Part shown: piece after piece, positions 26,047-36,300 of the stretch
Layout of the letters: every line of letters starts with the position of its first letter
Position numbering within the stretch: position 1 is the first letter of the stretch
From: Minisyncoccota bacterium
GTDB taxonomy: Bacteria; Patescibacteriota; Minisyncoccia; Phycocordibacterales; UBA6065
Direction: 5' to 3'
Assembly (NCBI GenBank): GCA_041661645.1
Contig: JBAZUA010000001.1
Coordinates: forward strand, 125,074 to 189,073
Length of the DNA: 64,000 bases
The notes under the pieces: generated by a model
Seen by the model: the letters and a program-made list of their open reading frames with translations, nothing else
Databases searched by the model: none
What the model was told of the DNA's origin: nothing
Program-made: the position numbers and the translations under genes

Positions 26047-27930
26047 GTGTATCTCATAAAAGCCATACCCATCGCCCGCGGGATAGGCGCAGACCTACTC
26101 TCGTACTGGAGCCCCTCTGAGGCCCTCCCCGGCTCCGTCATACGCGTCCCCCTCCGCAAGCGCACCGTCGGCGCCCTGGTCCTCTTCTGCCAACCCGCCA
26201 ACGAATCCAAGGCCGAGATAAAGTCGGCCGAGTTCGAGATGCGCAAGATATCGAACATACACGCAAGGCAAATCGTCTCGCCTCAATTTTTCGCCACGGC
26301 CGAAGACCTCGCCCGATACTATGCAGCAAGCGTCGGCAGCGCCCTCTTTGACCTGGTGCCGTCGGTCGCCCTCTCCGAATACGAGTCCCTGCCCGAGGCA
26401 AAGCCCATAACCAAACGAGCCAAGGCCCGCGAGTCCTTCGTTCTCCAAAAGGCGGACGAAGACCGCTACGGGCACTACAAAAGCCTCGTGCGCGAGCGCT
26501 TCGCCCGCAAGGAAAGCGTCTTTATGGTCATGCCCACGGTAGAGGACATAAAGAAGGCCTGCGCCTACTTCGAGAAAGGCATCGAGCCGTATACCTATAT
26601 ATTCCACGGAGGCATCGCCAAGGGCGAAATCATCAAACGCTGGAAGAGGGCCGTCGAGGACGAGCACCCAATCATCATCGTGGCAACCGGGAGCTTCCTC
26701 TCTATCCCCCGCCACGACGTCGGCCTCATCATCGTCGAGCGCGAGAACTCCCGCTCGTACAAAAGCCAGTCGCGTCCCTTCATAGACATGCGCTTCGCCG
26801 CCGAAAGGTTGGCAAAGGAGACTGGCGCAGACCTCATACTCGGTGACTCATACGTGCGCGTCGAGACACTGTGGCGACACGACGAGCTCGAGCTCGTCGA
26901 ATATGCCCCGCTCGCCATGCGATCGCTCTCGACGGCCCGGGACTTCCTCATCGACATGAAGGCGTACAGGAGCGCCAAGCACACCATTCGCATGCTCTCG
27001 GACGAGCTCATACACCTCGTGAAGAGGAACCGCGAGGAAAATGGCCTGCTGTTCGTCTTCGCGGGACGAAAGGGTCTCGCCCCCCAGACCGTCTGCGCCG
27101 ACTGCGAGACGACGCTCACCTGCAATCGATGCAGCGCGCCCCTTTCCCTTCACGGCAAGGACGAGAAGAGGTTCTTCCTCTGCAACAAATGCGGAAACCG
27201 CTCCGACGCCCACACCGTCTGCAAGGCCTGCGGCAGCTGGAGGCTGACCACCCTCGGCATCGGCACCGAGCGAATCGCCGAGGAGATACTGAAGGCCGTG
27301 CCCGAGGCAAACGTGATCGTCCTCGACAAGATGTCAGCCCCTACCCACAGGAAGGCGGTGGAAATCGCCGAGAAATTTTATAATTCGCCAGGCAGCATCA
27401 TGGTCGGCACTGAGCTTGCCCTGCTCTATCTCGACCGCGACATAGACACGACCGCCGTGGCATCCCTCGATGCCCTCTTCTCCATACCCGACTTCCGCAT
27501 CAACGAGAAGATATTCTCGATCATACTGAAGATGCGCTCCCTCGCCCGAAAGTACTTCGTATTGCAGACCAGAAGCCCCGAACAGCCCGTGCTTGCCCTC
27601 GGCGTCAAGGGGAACATCATGGACTTCTATCACGAGGAGATAGAGGCGCGCAAAAGCGTCGCCTTCCCGCCCTTCTCGACCTTCATAAAGATCTCGTACG
27701 CCGGGAAGAAGGAGGACGTGCTCGAGTCCATGGACCAGCTCAAGGTGACCTGCGCCGGATGGACGGTCGACGTCTTCCCCGCCTTCATCGCCACGATCAA
27801 GGGCGAGTACGTCATGCACGCCCTCATCAAGCTCCCCCGCGGCGAGTGGCCAAACGCCGAGCTTCTCGACAGGCTTCGATCCCTCCCGCCGTCATACGCC
27901 GTGAATGTCGACCCGGAGAGTATTTTGTAG
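26047..27930 (+). CDS. priA: Primosomal protein N' (PriA) with degenerate helicase motifs
   Basis: GSVIRVPLRKR, LARYYAAS, four CxxC, GIGTERIAEE, PDFRINE, FPPFS; no GxGKT or DExH. Confidence 0.9.
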   Translation: MYLIKAIPIARGIGADLLSYWSPSEALPGSVIRVPLRKRTVGALVLFCQPANESKAEIKSAEFEMRKISNIHARQIVSPQFFATAEDLARYYAASVGSALFDLVPSVALSEYESLPEAKPITKRAKARESFVLQKADEDRYGHYKSLVRERFARKESVFMVMPTVEDIKKACAYFEKGIEPYTYIFHGGIAKGEIIKRWKRAVEDEHPIIIVATGSFLSIPRHDVGLIIVERENSRSYKSQSRPFIDMRFAAERLAKETGADLILGDSYVRVETLWRHDELELVEYAPLAMRSLSTARDFLIDMKAYRSAKHTIRMLSDELIHLVKRNREENGLLFVFAGRKGLAPQTVCADCETTLTCNRCSAPLSLHGKDEKRFFLCNKCGNRSDAHTVCKACGSWRLTTLGIGTERIAEEILKAVPEANVIVLDKMSAPTHRKAVEIAEKFYNSPGSIMVGTELALLYLDRDIDTTAVASLDALFSIPDFRINEKIFSIILKMRSLARKYFVLQTRSPEQPVLALGVKGNIMDFYHEEIEARKSVAFPPFSTFIKISYAGKKEDVLESMDQLKVTCAGWTVDVFPAFIATIKGEYVMHALIKLPRGEWPNAELLDRLRSLPPSYAVNVDPESIL

Positions 27931-27942
27931 TAATCTGGCGCC

Positions 27943-28482
27943 ATGGTAACCATAGTCCAAAAGGAAGACCCTGTATTGCGAAAAATCGCCAAACCCGTTC
28001 CCGCGAGCTGGTTCGGCACGCCTAAGCTCAAGAAAATTCTGTCCGATATGTCCGCCGCCATGGCCACACAGGACGACGGCGTGGCGATTGCCGCCCCCCA
28101 GATAGGCCAGAGCCTTCGCATATTCGTGGTGGCCGGACACGCCCTCGAGATGATATATCCAGAGCTCGGCGACGGCATGCCGGCCGAGGCAAAGGTGCCC
28201 GACATGGCCTTCATCAACCCTGAGATCATCAAGCTCTCGCGGGAAAAGGAGGAAATGGAGGAAGGGTGTCTCTCGGTGCGATACCTCTACGGAAAGACGA
28301 TGCGGTCAAAGAAGGCCCGCGTCCGGGCGCATGACGCGGACGGAAACGCCTTCGAGTTCGGCGGCGCGGGCCTCCTCGCCCAGATATTCCAGCACGAGAC
28401 CGACCATCTCGACGGCACACTCTTCATCGACAAGGCGACCGACGTGCACGACGTGCCGCCGACGGAAAAGCCGGAAAAATAA
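27943..28482 (+). CDS. def: Peptide deformylase
   Basis: GVAIAAPQIG, EGCLS, QHETDHLDG. Confidence 0.97.
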   Translation: MVTIVQKEDPVLRKIAKPVPASWFGTPKLKKILSDMSAAMATQDDGVAIAAPQIGQSLRIFVVAGHALEMIYPELGDGMPAEAKVPDMAFINPEIIKLSREKEEMEEGCLSVRYLYGKTMRSKKARVRAHDADGNAFEFGGAGLLAQIFQHETDHLDGTLFIDKATDVHDVPPTEKPEK

Positions 28483-28484
28483 AA

Positions 28485-29333
28485 ATGGAAAAAACACCCC
28501 GCATAGCATTCTTCGGGACGCCCGACAGGGCGGTCATCGCCCTCGACCAGCTCAAACACGCGGGAACCATGCCCGCGCTCATCGTCACCCAGCCTGATCG
28601 ACCCCAGGGCAGAAAGCTCGTCATGACAGCGCCGCTCGCAAAGTCATGGGCGATCGAGAACAACATATCCGTCCTGCAGCCGGACAATCTCGCCGACGAG
28701 GCCTTCCTCTCGATCCTGCGCGCGGGAGATTTTGACGCCTTCGTCGTGGTCGCCTATGGAAAAATATTGAGAAAGGCCGTCCTCGACATACCAAAGCATG
28801 GCTGTCTCAACCTACACGCGTCGCTTCTGCCACGACTGAGAGGCTCATCGCCGATAGAGACGGCGATTCTACGCGACGAGAGGAAGACCGGCGTGACCAT
28901 AATCCTCATGGACGAGCTCATGGACCACGGCCCGATACTCGCCCAGAAAGTCGTCGAACCGGCGACATGGCCTATTTCCACAAGCGAACTCGCCACCCTG
29001 CTCGTGACCGAGGGCGGAAGGCTCATGGCGGAAACCTTGCCACGGTGGATTGATGGATCAATCAAGGCACAGGGGCAGAACCATGCCGAGGCGACCGTGA
29101 CCAAGAAGATTATAAAGGAGGATGGCCTCATGGACCTCTCGGCCGACCCATATCAGAACCTTCTCAAATACAATGCCTACAAGGGCTGGCCATCGAGCTT
29201 CTTCTTCAGGGAGATGAACGGCAAAAGCACCCGCATAGTCATAACCGAGGCGACGCTAGAGGACGGAAAGTTTATCATAAAGAAGGTCATACCCGAGGGC
29301 AGAAAGGAAATCTCGTGGAGCGAGATTCGCTAG
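28485..29333 (+). CDS. fmt: Methionyl-tRNA formyltransferase
   Basis: FFGTP, VTQPDRPQGR, NLHASLLPRLRG, MDHGPI. Confidence 0.96.
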   Translation: MEKTPRIAFFGTPDRAVIALDQLKHAGTMPALIVTQPDRPQGRKLVMTAPLAKSWAIENNISVLQPDNLADEAFLSILRAGDFDAFVVVAYGKILRKAVLDIPKHGCLNLHASLLPRLRGSSPIETAILRDERKTGVTIILMDELMDHGPILAQKVVEPATWPISTSELATLLVTEGGRLMAETLPRWIDGSIKAQGQNHAEATVTKKIIKEDGLMDLSADPYQNLLKYNAYKGWPSSFFFREMNGKSTRIVITEATLEDGKFIIKKVIPEGRKEISWSEIR

Positions 29334-29354
29334 AGACAAAGTTGCGGCTTTTTT

Positions 29355-29741
29355 CTATTCCGCCTGTTTACCAAATCCCGGCAGACCTCGCAGCATGTTC
29401 TTGAGCTTGAGGCCGCTCTTGCGCACGAAATCCATGCGTTTTGATTTCCTTGTCCTGAGGGATTCTACGATTTCATCCTTTGCCGCGATGAGCGCGGCAT
29501 GAAGCTCCTCTCTCTCGGCCTCGGCCCTCAAATTGCCTATGCGGGAACGAAAGTTTATCTCGGCACGAAATATATCCCCAGATCGATGATGATTCGTGGT
29601 CTTTGCCACCTCAACGTCGACGAGGACGCTGGTGTCAGACGGGTCGGTGTATTTCTCTATCGACGAAATAACCCTATCGACCGCAGACGTGATGGCGTCA
29701 GAGAGTTCCAAGCCCGTTCCCTTCAGGGTTTTCTTGATCAT
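29355..29741 (-). CDS. hpf: Ribosome hibernation factor HPF/RaiA
   Basis: GTGLELSDAI, FRAEIN, LHAALIAAKDEI...LRTRK. Confidence 0.85.
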   Translation of the reverse strand: MIKKTLKGTGLELSDAITSAVDRVISSIEKYTDPSDTSVLVDVEVAKTTNHHRSGDIFRAEINFRSRIGNLRAEAEREELHAALIAAKDEIVESLRTRKSKRMDFVRKSGLKLKNMLRGLPGFGKQAE

Positions 29742-29813
29742 GATCGTGTTGTTCTTAAGCCTTCTTATACTTGATTATACCATTGTTCAAAGTTACTTGG
29801 TAGAATATACGAC

Positions 29814-30383
29814 ATGATACAGCCATATGCAGAAAGGACGAACGAGAAGATGATGGAAGTCCTCATGAACGCCGAGGCAAAGGGCCCTCGAGTCCATTAT
29901 CACATGATTCGGGGCGGCTCAGACAAGGGAAACATAACCGTCTGGGAAAGCGGCACCATCGGCGGAGAGTACATAAAATCCTACGGCCACTATCATGTGG
30001 GGAAGCTCGACGAGACATATGAAATCCTTTCGGGAGAAGGCTTCGTTCTCATGCAAAGACGAAAGACGGATGCCTTGGGAAACCCCCTTGATGACGAGAT
30101 AGACCGCTTCGAGGCGATACGTGTCACCGCAGGAAGCTCGGTGTTCATACCGAGTGGCACGGGACATCTTGCCGTAAACACCGGGTCAACATGGCTCGTC
30201 ACCCGGGATGATAGCCCCGTCAACTTCGAGGAAGAGGACCCTGCTGGCATGCCGGGTCACGCAGACTATGCGCCATTCAAGAAACTGCGCGGCGCCGCCT
30301 ACTATGTCGTCCAAAAGGACGGCGCCGCCGAGTTCGTCAGGAACCCCCTCTATAAAACCGTTCCCGAGATAGATCTACACTAG
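29814..30383 (+). CDS. Cupin-type glucose-6-phosphate isomerase family protein
   Basis: GGEYIKSYGHYH, ETYEILSGEG, IPSGTGHLAVNTG, GAAYY. Confidence 0.85.
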   Translation: MIQPYAERTNEKMMEVLMNAEAKGPRVHYHMIRGGSDKGNITVWESGTIGGEYIKSYGHYHVGKLDETYEILSGEGFVLMQRRKTDALGNPLDDEIDRFEAIRVTAGSSVFIPSGTGHLAVNTGSTWLVTRDDSPVNFEEEDPAGMPGHADYAPFKKLRGAAYYVVQKDGAAEFVRNPLYKTVPEIDLH

Positions 30384-33300
30384 GACCACCCGCACGATGT
30401 GTCGCACGCCATCGTCCGCCAAACTGACGCGCCCCTCGAGAAGTTCCGCACCATTCTCACTCACGCTTCGCACGACACTCTTTGAGCCGGCTGATTTCTC
30501 ATAGGTTATCTCATAGACGGTCTTGCCATATCTGTAGGTAATCACGCAACTCCCCCATTCGCTCGGAAGAGCCGGCTCGAAAGACAGGCTGTCACCCTCG
30601 ACGTGGAATCCCAGCATGAACTGAAGAACAGTCTTGTACATGACGCCCGCTGATCCCGTATACCACGTCCACCCTCCCCTTCCTTCATATGACGGCTCGG
30701 CATAGACATCGGACGCGAGAACATAGGGTTCGACCCTGTATCGAGAGGCCTTCTCAGCGGAATCAGACCTGAGGAAAGGATTGACGAGATCAAGCACTTT
30801 CTTTCCCTCGTCCGCCTGGCCCGCCAGGAAGAGGGCCTGGGCGGCCCAGAGCGCAGCGTGATTATACTGTGATCCGTTTTCTCGGACGCCGGGAGGATAG
30901 TCTTTGATGTAGCCCGGATCGAGCGCAGAGTCACTGAGGGCGGGCGCCAACAATCTCATCGTGGACGAGACACACAGCTTCTCGAGCATGGACCGTAACG
31001 CCCTGTCCCTCTTGTCCATACGAGCCATGCCTGAAAGGGATGCCCATGATTGGGCGACTGAATCTATCTTAAACTCCCTCAGTTTCTTTGAGCCTAAAGC
31101 CGTGCCTGAATCAAGAAAGGCCCGACGATACCATTTTCCATCCCAGGCATATCGATCAATTGATTTTGATATGGCAACAATCCTAGCCCCGTATGAATCA
31201 GCCCTCTCGACGTCACCCCTCTTTTTCGCTATGACGGCAAGACGATCCATCAGGTACCCAAGGAACCATGCCACCCACACGCTCTCGCCCTTTCCCTGAG
31301 CGCCGACCTTGCTTAGACCGTCATTCCAGTCGCTGCGACCAATGAGCGGCAGGCCGTGCGTCCCAAAAACCGAGCTCCTGGAGATGGCCCTGACGCAATG
31401 CTCATAGAGAGACGCCACCTCCTCAGACGCCTTGGGCGTGCCGGCCCACTCGCTCTGATAGGCAAAACTGAGCTGGGGGCCTTCGAGGAACGAGACTTCC
31501 TCATCGAGAATGCCATTATCTCCGGTAACACTCACATATTCGAGGGTTGCGTACACCAACCACAACTGATGGTCTGACAACACGGATCGAACCCCGAAGC
31601 CATTATATTCATGCCACCAGTTGAGCGCGTCACCGTCCCTGAACTGATGCGCGGCGGCATTCAATATAAAGGCCCTCACATCTCGCGGTCGAGACCAGAC
31701 AAAGGCGCTCATATCCTGAAGCTGGTCTCTGAAGCCAAAGGCCCCCGAGGGCTGATGCATGCCAGTCTTTCCCCACACGCGAGAAGAGAGGGACTGATGA
31801 AGCAACTGATCATTGAAGAGGACGTCAAGGCTCTTGTCGGGCGTCTCTATGCGAACGCTATCCGACAAATCCTTCCAATACTCGCTGACTCGAGCCTCCG
31901 AGGCTCCCAGGCGCGTGACATTGCGATGGGCAAGGATCATCTCTCGAGCAGCCTGTCTGCTTTCTGCCTCGCCAAGGAGGAACACTATCTCGCTTTCTTC
32001 TCCCGGCGCGACGGAGAAGACCGTCTGTGTCACGATGCAGTTTGATGAGCCTGAGGTGAGGACATTCGACAGCCCCGCACGCTTAAGGGCCGTTGGCGCC
32101 TCGTATGATCCGTGGCGACCAATGAACTCAGCCTTGTCCGTAGAGACGTCAAACGCCCCCGACGAAAGATCGACGAACGCCACTCGTTTCGCCAGATGAT
32201 TTTTATACCCATTTCCAAACATGAGGGCACCCGTCTCCCCGTCACGTTCAAATAACATGAAGTCCCTCGAGTGCTCGCGGACGGATCCCAAGACAGGCTC
32301 CAGGAAGGCGGTCTCGGAGAGCTTCCTCCCCCTGTTTCCCCGATTTTTCACCACGAGCCGCACCATCTTGACCGTACTATCAAGAGACACGGATATCTTG
32401 AACGAGAAAGAGAGGTCCCCTCGCGAATGCTCAAAGGTCGTATACCCTTTTCCGTGACGAACAACGAAGGGGTGAGGGCTTCGTATCGGGAACGGCGTCG
32501 GATTCCACGTCTCCCCCGTCTCCTCATCGCGAATATAGAATATCTCCGAACTCTTAAACGAGAGAGGGTCATTGTTCCATGCGGTCAGTCGATTGTCATG
32601 ACTATCGACGCTCCAGGTGAACATCGACCCCCGGTGATCGACGGCCGTCCCAAACGATGGTGAAGCGATGATGTTTGACCACGGCGCGGGCGGCTGTGAT
32701 TGTGGGAGCACCCTGATTACATATTCGGACCGTGCCACGTCAAATCCTCCCCAGGAATTATCGAATTCGAGGCCAGAAGGAGGGATATCCGATCTCTTGA
32801 GAGAATATGATTGCGATCGAGACAGGGATGGAATCAGCTTTGCGGGATATGAGGTCTGGCGAGGCGTCTTACCAACCATCGCCGCCTGCTGTTTGAACGA
32901 CCCGTCCTTGCTGTCAATCACGACGCGCGCCACGTGAAGCAACACCGCCTTGTCCGCAGGCTCCATAAGATCTGACTTGAGATGATAGACCTTGCTGCCC
33001 GAGGCGTCGACGCGGGCACTCGCGCTCTGTCTCAAAAGAAAGTCTATCTCGTCATCGAGCGATTTTATATAGCTCGATGGTTCCTGATTGAGGATTATCA
33101 TGTCTATGTCCAGACCCTTATGCTTCCAATAGACATGGCAGAGAAGGGCCTGTTTGACGGTCTGAATGTCCTCGATATCCTTGATGACAAGAACGACCAG
33201 CGGATAATCGCCAGACACTCCGATTTTCCACAGAGAATGGACGTAAGGAAGGTCCGAGGCGGGAACGGAGGACATGCCATACGTCCTTCCGCCAAGTACC

Positions 33301-36300
33301 CTCGAGGCAAGAGCCTGGAAGGCGCCCCCCATCTCCTGAGTGATGCCCAGGGACTTCGTCTTCTCGGCGCTCGTAACAAGGGCGCGAGCGAGCTCGGTGA
33401 CGGCACCTCGACCGCCCTTAAGCTTACGAAGTATCTTGAGAAGCTCATCATAACTCTCGTGTGCCACATTCACGAAGACGAGCCTGACGGAATGATGCGG
33501 CTTGAGGCTTATCGATCGGGACAGAGAGAATATCGGATCGAGCGTATATGGTCGCACCGGCTGTGTCGACTGGTTCTTGTCCAAAAACGCGGGATTCTTG
33601 ATCCCCCCCAGATGACCAAAGAACGTCTCCCTGTCGGCACACGGCACGGGGCGATGCTTCTTCGACGAACTGCCGGTGAGCATATGGGCGAAATATATCT
33701 TTTTCGTCCTGTCGGCAGGGTGGGGGCGCGAGTAGACGAGCGCCCCCACATCCTCGACGAACCAGGATTTGACCATAAGCCTCTGAAAGAGAGGGTGGTG
33801 CGTCTCTTGCACCTGTAAGGCAAGAGAGACCTCGCCGTAGCTCGCAACGAGGAGAGACTCTTCAACCGACCCCTCATTCGTCAATTCGAGCGATCGTATC
33901 TCCGCAGGATAATCTGGATGAGTGGTGATGCCGAGTCTGGCGGAGATTGACCCGTGAGAGACTTCGAACTCAGCCTTGTTCTCGTGAAATACAATCTTGT
34001 GTCGCCTCGAGTCTCCGCCCAAAGGCTTGAGATTCGACGACCACAACGCGCCCGTTCTCATATTCTTTATATAGAAAAACGAGCCGCTCTCCTCGAGGAT
34101 CTGATCATCTCTGTATCGAGTCAGGGCGACATCGCCATACTTCGAATAGCCTCCGCCGGAATTGCTGACCGACACAGAATATGACCCGTTGCCCAAGAGG
34201 GCGAGATGCGGATAGGCGCTTCGTGCGGGGACATATCGCCTGCTCTCAGACCCATCCTCAGAGATGCCCTGGGAAGCCGTGAACGGCAGGCGTGCGGCGA
34301 CCGATAGCGCCGTGGCCGTGGGGGTGGCAGGCATCTTCTCCTCGAGTAGAAGGTCAAGCGAGGCAACACGGGCGTCTGAGTGAAAGAGGTTTCGTATTCT
34401 ATTGGGATCAATGGCGTTGTGTATTCCCAAAAGGGTGAATCCCTGATGATGGGCGTACCATATCTGTATGGGGACGGGTGCCGAGAGACGGACCCCTGAA
34501 TCCATGTAATCTATGGCATCGAAGAAGCCATATTGGCCCTTTCCACCAATCTTAGAGATTCTTCTTAGATTTTTAATCGCCGCACGAGGAACGAAGGAGA
34601 GGGAAAGTGCGGACACGTATGGGGCGATAACCAGATAATCGGCAAGGCCGCGCTTTAATCCCAGGTGAGCGCTGCCGAATATCTGATACTGATAGTGTTT
34701 TGACGCATCAAAGAGATAATAGGCCGACTCCCCCATTCCCCACGGCGTCCTGCTCAACGCGCCATGACGGCGATGAACGGATATGGCCGCTCGTGCCGTT
34801 TTCCCAAGCAGGCTATTCTCATGAGTGTTGAAATAGATAAGAGATGTCAGATACTCGAACAGAGAGCCTCCCCACGAGACGAGACTGATGATGCCCCCTG
34901 TCCGAACGAGCTTCCTGCCCAGATAGAACCAGTGTTTCTGTGGCACCTGATTCTTGAGAACGGCGACGAAACTCACCGAATTAGACTCAGAAGCGAGAAA
35001 GTTATAACAATTGCTGTCTATTTTATCGTATGTGGCATTATGGCCGATATGGAACAAACCCCTCTCCTTGTTGTATAAAAACCCGAAATCCGGCTCATCG
35101 ATGAGCGTGGCGCACTGCCGCTGAATCCCATCGATATCAGCCAGAAACGAACTGGCACGCACGGCTGAACGTCGCAACCCCTTGAGCATGCCATCATACC
35201 AGGCAATGACATACTCCCGGGCGGGCCCGGAGAGGCTCGACTCATGGACCAACCGAGAGAAGCCGACCTGTTCAACGGCATCCGGAAGCTGATGGGCCAA
35301 TCGATCGAAGGACGGGATCTGATTAAGGGTTTCGAGAAGCCCGCGATAGGCCCCCGAAAGATGCGCGTCCTTGGACACATAGGCATCGACCGACGCGTCA
35401 TGGAGGCGAACGTAGGAGAACAAGTACCTCTGAAGCGAAAGCTGTGCCTCGATATCCCGAGCGATGATTTCGACAAGCGAACACACCTGTTCGGCGACCC
35501 TCATGGACTCATCCGCGCGCAGGGACGACGCCGTCTTCTCGAGATCAACCACCAAAGGATGGATCTCCGTGAAAAATCGATAGAAATCAGACAACGACAG
35601 AAGTTCCGATGACGAGCGAGAAATGCCCCGAATCCTCTCGATGCCCATCATGAGATCGCGCAGCAGGCTTTTTGCAGGCCTACCATCCACACCCCGGCGC
35701 GCGAGCGCGTCGACCTCCTCGGAGAGAACCCTCACGGCGTCCCAAAACCCATCGACCGATGAAGGTCTCAGAAGGGGCACGGAAGGAAGCCTAAGGACGC
35801 CCTGCCTGAAGGCTATGAGGGCCAGTATGAAATTGGCGCTATCGACACTCGACACATATCTAGGCGAGAGCGGCTCGAGGGTCTGTATGTCATACCAGTT
35901 GTACAGATGACCCTTGTATCTCTCGAGCCTAAAGATGCTCTCAAGGGCCTTTCTCGACCTATCAATGAAGCGATCCATGGTCAAATAGCCAAGTTCCTGA
36001 GCGGAAAACAAGGACCCAAAGAGCATGCCGAGATTCGTGGGAGAAGTCGTCAGACAATCCTCGCGAGTGACGCTGGGGCGTAACTGAAGATGATCCTGTA
36101 TGAGCCAGTTGCTCTCGACGCGAGGCAGGTCTATGAAATACCTCGCCGTCCGATACGCGGTGGCACGGAGTTCCGAGACGGCCTGCCGATCGAGGATCTG
36201 GTCTCTCGAGCGGGATTTTGCCCTGCTGATGAGAAAGGCGACGCACGGCGAAAACATTGAGGAGGCGGAACATGCCAACAAAACGAGATTCACCGAACCA

